DNA of 64,000 bases from Scenedesmus sp. PABB004 (lineage: Eukaryota), in assembly GCA_014905635.1 (NCBI GenBank), contig CM026547.1, forward strand, positions 3,348,001-3,412,000, read 5' to 3'. Positions 55,749-64,000 of this stretch are shown one piece after another. Every line of letters begins with the position of its first letter. Position 1 is the first letter of the stretch. The notes under the pieces are model-generated. The model had not been told where the DNA came from and made no database searches. It saw only the letters and a program-made list of their open reading frames with translations. The position numbers were made by a program, and so were the translations under genes.

Positions 55749-58700
55749 ATGGGGCAGGGCAGCAGCACCAGGAGAGGCCCCTTTGACGACGAGGGATTCG
55801 CGTCCAGCCCAGGTGCGCCGCGCAGGGCCTCAGCAGGGCCAGCCTGCAGCGCAGCGCACGCTGAGCGCCGTGCCGGCGCCGGCGCGCCGCCCACGCCGCG
55901 CGCCGCTGCGCGCCACCCGCGCGTCCCCGCCCCGCGCAGGCACGGAGCCCCGGCGCTCGGAGCAGCAGACTAGTAGTAGCGGCAGCCAGCCCGGCACCCC
56001 AGTAGGAGCAGGCGACCCCGCAGCGGCAGCGACGCCGCTGGCCAGCAGCGGCGGCGGGAGCGCAGCGGGAGCGGCGGCGGTCGGCGGCACGCAGCAGGTG
56101 CGTCGGCGGGGGCCCGGCGCGCGCGCGCGCGCGGCCGCAGGGCGGCCAGCACAGGGCGCTCCCGCGCGCGTGCGCTGCTGCGCGCAGCGGGGGCCCGCTG
56201 CGCCGGCAGCCGCCGACGCGCGCCCCCCGCCCCCGCGCCCGCAGGCGCCCGCCATGGCGGCGCAGCAGCCGGCGGCGGCGGCGGCGCAGCCCGCGGCGGC
56301 GGCGGCGACGGCGGCGGCCGCGCCGCGCCCGGTGGCGGTGCACAAGAGCACGGCCATCATCCCGGGCTGGTCGCGGCCGCTGTCGTCGCAGGCGCTCACC
56401 ATCGAGTGCCAGAAGATCACGCAGCCCGGCCGCGCGGCGGCGGCCAAAGAGAGCTACGGCGTGATGGAGCTGGAGGTCATGAAGTTCGTGGCCTACTGCG
56501 GCGGCCTCACCATCAAGCTGCGCGTCGACGACCTGCAGCACGGCCCCGTGGAGAGGTGCGGCGCGCGCGCACGCGCGGGCGCAGGCAGCGGCCGGCCGCC
56601 AGCCTGGCGCCCGCCCGTGGCGCGGCGGCCGCGCAGCAGCGCCGCCCCGGCGCGCCCCGGCTGACCCGCGCCGCGCGCGCGCGCGCAGCATCACGTGGGG
56701 CCTCGCGGCGATGCGGCCCTGCCACGCGCTCGCCGTGGCCGGCGGCGGCGCGGCGGCCAGCCCCGGCGCCGGCTCGCCCGACCGCCGCGCGGGCACGCCG
56801 ACCGGCGGCCGGCCGAGCGGCGGCAGCAGCAGCGGCAGCGCCGTGCCGGGCGCGGGCAGCGGCGCCAACCGCGCGCACCCGACCACGCCCGTGAGCGTGG
56901 ACAACCCCTCGCGCAAGCCGCTGTACGCGATCTGCACGACCGCCACGGTCGCGCGCGCGGCCAAGGGCGACGTGCTGTCGATGGACCTCAGCCCCAAGGA
57001 GGACGGCCAGCCCGTCATCATGGTCACGCTCGCGCACAACGACGCGGTGCTGCTGCGCGCCGCGCTGCCGTGCGCGAGCATCGCGGCGCTGCAGATGTAC
57101 CCCTTTGTCACGGTCCTGGTGCGCCGCGCGCGCGGCCGGGCCGCCGCCGCCGCCGCCGCGCCCCGCGCCGCCGCCGCACACCGCGCGCGCGCGCGCCGCC
57201 CCGCGCGCCCGCGCCGCCCCGCAGCCGGGCATGGTGGTGTCGCTGCACGAGGCGCTGACGCCGAGCCCGCTCTTCACCTGGTACTCGCCGACCAGCGCGA
57301 CGGCGGACATCCAGATGGCCGACCTGGACACGTGCGTCAAGTACAACACCGCCGCGACGACCATCAGCAACGGCGTCAGCGAGTTCCACGGCTCCACGAC
57401 CTTCACCGGCGGCCGGCACCGCTGGACGGTGCAGCTGGACAACATGGGGCAGCTGCCGGGGCACATCTTTGTGGGCCTGGTCAACGCGGAGCCCAGCCAG
57501 GCGCCGAGCAGCAGCATCCTGGCGTCGGCGCTGCCGGCGGCCATCAGCAGCCGCATGATGGGCCTGCCGGGCTCGCCCATGCTCGCGGCGTCGCCTGCAG
57601 CGGCAGGCAGCGCCTCGCCGGGCGGCGGCCCGGGCGCCACGCCGAGCCCCGGCGGCGCCGCGGGGCTGGCGGGCGAGGCGGCGGCGGCCGCCGCCGCGGT
57701 CGCGGCGGCCGGCACTCCCACGCTGGGGCACCTGGGGCCAGCGGGGCCCCTGCAGCGCCGCTGGGGTGTGTGGGTCAAGCTGCCGGGCGCGCCCACGCCG
57801 GGCGGCGCGGCGCCGGCGGGCAGCGGCGCGGTGCCGCCCAAGCTCGGCGACGTGCAGTTTGTGGAGAGCGTGAACAACCACTGCTGCATCACGGTCGACC
57901 TGGACCTCATCGGCGGCTACGCCAAGTTCTTCAGGAACGGCCACCTGCTGGGCCAGGCCTTCACCGGCCTCACCGCGCCCATCAGCCCCGCGCTCGCGTT
58001 CATGCAGGTGAGCCGGCCGCGGCGCAGCTGCGCCGGCCCGCCGCGCCCGGCCCGCCGCCCGCCACGGCCGCCACGGCCGCCCGCCGCGCGCTCCCCGCTC
58101 ACCGCGCCGTGCGCGCCGCGCCGCGCCGCGCGCCGCCGCAGGGCACCAACCAGCACCTGCAGGCGGGCCTGGTGAACATCACCAAGCTGCAGCAGCTCGA
58201 CCTCGAGTGGAACGCCGAGGCGTGCAGCGGCGACCTGCGCGTGAGCGGGCGCGTGGTGCAGAAGGTGTCCGAGGTCTTTGGCGACTACAGCACCGTGCTC
58301 GCCAACCAGGGCTTCATCAGCGGCGTGCACCTCTGGCTCATCAAGGTCAACAACCTGTCCGAGCCGGACAGCATCTTCATCGGCGTCTGCCGCGGCTGCA
58401 TGCCGCTCGACCAGGACCCCCAGGACCTGCGCGACCGCACCTACTACCTCAGCAACGGCGTCATCCGCGTCGGCGGCCGCCGCGTCGCGACCAACGCCGC
58501 GTCCTTCACCAAGGGCGACATCGTGGGCGTGGTGCTCGACGCCGACCAGGGCGAGATCGTGTTCCTGCGCAACGGCATCGAGCAGGGCCGCGCGCGCGGC
58601 ATCCGCGGCCGCCTCTACCCCTTTGTCTCGTTCGACAGCGAGCAGGACCAGATCACGCTGCTGGGTGAGCGCGCCGCGCGCGCTCGCCGGCTGGCCGCGC

Positions 58701-61700
58701 GCGCTGGCCGCGCTGGCTCGCCGCGCCGCCCGGGCCGCCGCGCCGGCGGCGGCGGCGCGCGTCTGATGCTGTGCTGCCCCCGCCCGCCCGCCTCACTGCC
58801 CGCGCGCCTCGCCTGCCCCGCCCCGCCCGCGCGCGCGCAGGCTCCTACACGCTGCCGCTCAACCGCACGCCGCGCACGCTCGCCGACATGGAGTGGGACA
58901 CCGTGGGGCGCAGCGCCGACGTCGAGCTGTCCAGCAACTGCCTGACCGCGACCAAGACGAGCAGCGCCGCGCCCAGCACGGTGCGCGGCACCATCCTGTA
59001 CGGCGACCTGGGCTGCCACGAGTTCCACGTCATCCTGGACAGCCTCGGCCCCGACGGCATCTGGGTCGGCGTCGCGCGGCCCGACATGGACCCCGCCAAG
59101 TGCGTCGGCGACGTCGGCGCGGGCTGGGCGCTGCACAGCGACGGCGACCGGCGCTTCAACGGCCGCGAGGAGGAGTTCACGAGTGAGACGCCGGCGGCGG
59201 CGCGCGCGCGCGGCGCCCCTTGGCCCGCGGAGGGCGGCGGGCGGCTCGGCGCCCGGCGCTCCTCTGCGCGCGCGCGCGCGCGCGTGCGCGCGTGCCCGCT
59301 GACCTCTGCCGCGCCGCGCTGCGTTGCGCCCCGCGCGCAGGCCCGTTCAAGAACGGCGACGTGCTGACCGTGGGCATGGACCTCACCAACGGCGTGCTGC
59401 GCTTCAGCCGCAACGGCATCCACCTCGGCGACGCCTTCACCGGCGTGACGGGCCCGCTCGTGGCGGTCGTGACGCAGGCCAGCGAGGAGAGCAAGGTCAC
59501 GATCCAGAACCGCCCCACCGTGCTCAACATGGGCGAGTACACGGGCGAGCTGAGGTGCGCGGCGCGGCGGCGCGGGGCAGCAGGCCGCGCGCGCGCGCGG
59601 CGCGGGGCTGCAGGCTGCAGGCTGCGGCGGCTCACGCGCTGCGGCCCCGCGCGCCCCGCGCGCCCACGCGCGCCAGGTGGGACGAGGTGCGCGCGGGGCG
59701 CGACCTCCACGTCATCGACGGCCTCACCGTGACCAAGATGTCCAACGAGGGCGGCGACTACGCGACCGTGCTGGGCACGCTCTGCATCGCGAGCGGGCAG
59801 CACACGTGGAACGTGTACGTCAACCACGTGGAGGACTCCAACCTCTTCATCGGCGTCACCGTGGGCGGGCACGACCTCAACGCCGACCCCCAGGAGATGA
59901 AGAGCCGCACCTACTACCTCAGCAACGGCACCATCCGCGTCGCGGGCAAGCTCGTCACGCGCTGCGCGGAGCCGTACGCCGAGGGCGACCTCGTGACGGT
60001 GCAGCTCGACATGGAGCAGCACCACATCTCCTTCTACAAGAACGGCGTCCTCCAGGGCGCCGGCGACGGCCTGCCGGGTGCGCCGCGGCGGCGGCGGCGG
60101 CGGTGGGGCGGGCGCCGGCCCGCCCGCTCCGCCCGGCGCCGCAGCCGCAGGCGCGCGCGCTCACGCCCCGTGCCGCTGCCGCCGTGCGCGCGCAGAGGAG
60201 GTGTGGCCGTATGTGTCGCTGGACAACATCATGGACAGCATCACGCTGCACAGCAGCAACATGTTCCTGGACCTCGCGCACAGCCTCAAGTGGAACGGCG
60301 CCAAGTGCTGCCAGTGGATCCAGATCAGCGAGGAGGGCACGACCGCGAGCCTCAAGCCGCATGCGCAGTTTGACTCCTTCCTCGGCCAGGCCACGGTGCT
60401 GGGGCTGCGCGAGTACAGCCGCACCGAGGTTCACAGCTGGGTCGTGCGCCTGGCGCAGGTGCGTGCGCGCGGCGCGGGCATGCGCGTGCGTGCGGCCGAC
60501 GCGGCGAGCGCGGTCAGCAGCTGGGCAGTCCCGCGTTCAGCGTCCCCGCCGCGCTGCCCGCCCGCCGCTCACGCGCGCGCCGCCGTGCCGCCGCCGCCGC
60601 CGCCGCCAGCCCGCCGGCACCGCAATCGCCAACTTCCTGGTCGGCGTCGCGCCCGCGGGCATGGACCTCAACCACTCCATCGGCCAGGAGGGCTGCGGCA
60701 TCGGGCTGGACTACTACGGCTACATCTACATCAACGGCAAGTACTTCCACGTCTCCAACCTCTCCAACTGGCAGTCGGTGGCCAAGCCCTGCCGCGGCTC
60801 CACCGCGCGGCACAAGGGCAAGGCGGGGCCGATGTTCCGCTTCCTCGAGGGCAAGTGCGAGGTCACGCTCACGCTCGACCTCAAGGAGGGCACGCTGCGC
60901 TTCAGCAGCGGCGGGCACAGCATCGGCACGCTCGCCAACATCACCGGCCCCCTGCACGCGGCGCTCACGCTGACCAGCACCAAGCAGACCGCGCAGATCG
61001 CCGCGGGTGAGCCGCGGCGCCGCGCGGCGCGGCGCGGCGCGGCGCCGCGCGGCGCGGCGCGGCGCGGCGCGGCAGGCGCGCGCCTGCTGCAGGCAGACCC
61101 GCCGCCAGCGCGCGCGCCGGGGCCACGCGCCCGGGCAGCCGCCGACGCGCCGCCCGCCGCCCGCCGCCACGCGCGCCGCCGCCGCCGCGCAGGGCCCATC
61201 GGCAACACCGAGCACACCGCGGAGGAGCTGGTCAACATCCTGCAGTCCAAGGGCCACCTGAGCAACCCGCGCGCCGAGGCGGCGATGCTGGTGGTGCCGC
61301 GCGACCTCTTTGTGCCGCGCGACCGCCACCGCGAGGCGTTCCGCGACCAGAAGGTCACCGTGCGCATGCCGGACGGCTCCACGCTCATCATGCCCAACCC
61401 CAGCTTTGTGGCGCTCGCGCTGGAGCGCCTCGACCTGCAGCCCGGGAGCAGCTTCCTCGACGTCGGCTGCGGCAGCGCGTACGTCACCGCCGTCGCGGCG
61501 TGCATGATCGGGCCGTCGGGCGTCGTGCACGGCATCGAGTGCCTCTCCAGCCGGCTCGAGGCGGGGCGCAACAACCTGCGCCTGCTGCGCGAGCGGCTGC
61601 CGCCGGAGCACGTGGTCAAGCACCTCGCGCTCGCGGGCAGCGTGCAGGCGGCGCTCGGCGCGGTGCACCTGAGCCTCACGAACGTGCTCATCCCCGAGTG

Positions 61701-63940
61701 CACCGACGGCGTGCTGTACGACGCGCTCTACTGCGACAACGCGCTGAGCGAGGAGGACCTGCCCGCCTTCCTCTCGCTGCTCAAGCCCCAGGGCCGCATG
61801 GTGGTGGTCATCGAGGAGGACATGCTGCTCATCACGCGCAGCGGCAGCGACGCGCACGACTACGCGCGCGAGAGCCTCACCAAGATCAGCGGCGACTTTG
61901 GCGAGCTCGAGGACCCCACGCCCTGGGAGGTGCAGGAGGCGGTGCAGCGCATCAAGGCGCGCGAGCTGCAGAAGGGCCTCAACCAGGCCAAGGTGCGCGG
62001 CGGCGGGGGCGGGCGCGCGGGCGTGCGGAGAGCGGCAGCGGCGACGCGCGGCAGCCAGCTGGGCAGCGGGCTTCAGCCCACCGCCAGCAGCCCTGCAGCG
62101 CTCACCCGCCGCCGCCGCCGCCCGGCCCGCGCGCGCGCAGAGCGAGGTCGGCAGCCTGCGCAGCAACGAGCTCGCCGACATGCACGCGCGCATGGGCGTC
62201 GCGATGCAGCGCATCGCCGAGCTCGAGGCGGCGGTGCAGCGCGGCGGCGGCGGCGCCGGCGCCGGCCCCAGCCGGCCCAACGGCAACGACGACACGCGCG
62301 CCGTGATCCGGGACAACAAGTTCCGGCGCACGCCGCGCATCTCCCCGCACGGCAGCGCGCGCAGCCCCGGCGCGGAGCCGGCGCTCTTTGCCGGCGGCGG
62401 CGCCGGCGGCGGCGCGGACAACGTCAAGATGCGCACGCGCCAGGTGCTGGACGACAGCGAGGAGCCGCTCATCCGCTCCGACAAGGCCTGCCTGGAGGAG
62501 CGGCTCAGCGGCCGCATCGGCACGTCGCTCGCGGCGAGCGCGGGCGACATCATGACCGCGCTCGGCGTGCAGACGCTCACGCCCGCCCAGGTCGCGGCGA
62601 TCGTGGCGGGCGCGCCGCCCGCGAGCCGCGCCGGCTTCACCCTCTACACGGGCCTCTTCCGCGGCACGCGCGTGTCGGCGTGGCGGCTGACCATCGCGCA
62701 GCCCGTCAACGTGCTGGAGGTGCACCGCGCGTACTCGCGCTTCAGTGCCGCCCACCCCAACGTCTGCGCCGTGATGGGCATCTGCATCGAGCCGCTCGAC
62801 ACCGCGGAGCCGATGGACGAGGACGGCTGCGGCAGCCCCAGCCGCGGCGGCGCCGGCGCCGGCGCCGGCGCGCCGGCGGGCGGCGCCGACGTGGAGGAGG
62901 GCGGCTGCCACCTCTGGGTGCTGGAGGAGCACCACGGCGGCCAGACGCTCGCGCAGCGCGTCGAGCGCGGCCTGCTGAGCTGGCAGCACGTGCTGGGCAT
63001 CGCGCAGGACGTCGGCGCGGCGCTCGCGTACCTGCAGTCGCTGCGCCGCATCTGCCCGCTCGCCGACGGCGGCGGCGGCGAGCTCAGCGACAGCAACGCG
63101 CTCGCGGCGCCGCTGTCGCCGCTCGCGGTGGCGCAGATGCTGGTGCTGGAGAACGTGCAGGTCAGCGCGGCCGCCACGGCCAAGCTGAGCCTCGTGCCGG
63201 CGCTGCTCACGCAGCTCGAGTTTGCGCTGTGCGTCGCGCCCGACGCGCAGCGCGTGGCCGAGGTCAGCAGCCTGCTGCTGCCCTACATCCACCCGGGCAG
63301 CATGTTCAGCGGCGGCGGCGGCGGCGCCGGCGGGCAGGCCTTTGACGGCCTGTACAGCTACGGCGTGGTGCTGCTGCAGCTGCTCACCGAGCGTTGCGCG
63401 CCCGGCCTGCTGGGCACGGTGCAGGCGGCCATCGCGCAGCGCGCGCTCGGCAACCTCGTGCCGCGCACGCCGGCGGCGGGGCCGGAGAGCGAGCAGCTGG
63501 CCGCCGACCTGGCGGCCCTCGCGCTGCGCTGCTGCGGCGTGCAGCAGCCGGCGTGCGGCGCGGCGGCCGGGCCTGCAGGCGCAGGCGCCGGCGAGGCCGG
63601 CAGCAGCAGCGGCGCCGGCGCAGCGGGCGGCCAGCAGCAGGCGCCGTCGCTGGACCAGCAGGTGCTGCCGGCGCTGGCGGCGCTGCAGCGCAAGCTCGAG
63701 TCGCTGGGCACGTCGACGATGTCGTGGGAGCAGGTGGAGGAGCTGCTCATGATGCCACTGCAGCCGAGCACGAGCAGCAGCGACCCCACGACGCGGCGCT
63801 GGGTGCGGCAGGACTTCAAGATGCGCCGCAAGCTCTTCCTGGAGGAGGTGGCCAAGATGGCGGTTGAGGGGCCGATCCACAAGATCGAGGTCCGCCGCAG
63901 CCGCTGCTTCAAGGACAGCGTGGCCACCTTCAGCGGCAAG
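55749..63940 (+). CDS. Giant multidomain protein: 5 SPRY domains, PIMT/PCMT-like methyltransferase domain, coiled coil, pseudokinase, start of probable HECT domain (incomplete, runs off window)
   Basis: Starts MGQGSSTRR. SPRY repeats include GDIVGVVLDADQGEIVFLRNG...LYPFVS. PIMT-like exon 61193-61992 contains FLDVGCGSAY. Exon 62141-63940, in a frame absent from the ORF track, is kinase-like and ends HKIEVRRSRCFKDS. Confidence 0.85.
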
Positions 63941-64000
63941 GTGCGCGTCGGGCTGGGGCCGGCGTTGGGAACGGAGGGCTGGCGCTGGCTTGGCTCGGCC

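Noticed and set aside
58415..59945. Nucleotide repeat gacccccagga...cgcacctactacctcagcaacggc at ~58415 and ~59885
   Set aside because: Explained by internal duplication of SPRY domains 2 and 4.

Overview
Very GC-rich (about 75-80% by eye), intron-rich eukaryotic nuclear DNA. TGTAA poly(A) signals, a bacterial-type PEPC and a PPR-cyclin point to a chlorophyte green alga; a Selenastraceae-like assignment is only an inference. About 18 compact, mostly spliced protein-coding genes were reconstructed by hand: an orphan low-complexity protein, tryptophan synthase beta, ZW10, a flavin reductase-like protein, BTB/BACK, F-box/Sel1, PPR-cyclin, SNX-BAR sorting nexin, a UBA-like conserved protein, bacterial-type PEPC, an expansin-like protein, ornithine decarboxylase, TORTIFOLIA1-like, a PXA-PX-PXC nexin, a 66-aa SERBP1/Stm1-motif protein, a small membrane protein, a Bet1-like SNARE, and a giant SPRY-PIMT-pseudokinase-(HECT) gene that runs off the window. 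Most ORFs in the supplied track are GC shadow frames. No rRNA, tRNA, CRISPR array or transposase was seen. Highlights: (1) a probably myristoylated 5xSPRY + degenerate isoaspartyl-methyltransferase + pseudokinase + probable HECT ligase; (2) near-identical introns in two unrelated genes (introner-like); (3) a proline-rich uORF in the ODC 5' leader; (4) four local sequence copies, two of which sit where a neighbouring gene's promoter should be; (5) many GC-AG introns. All gene models and domain calls come from reading the sequence, not from database searches.
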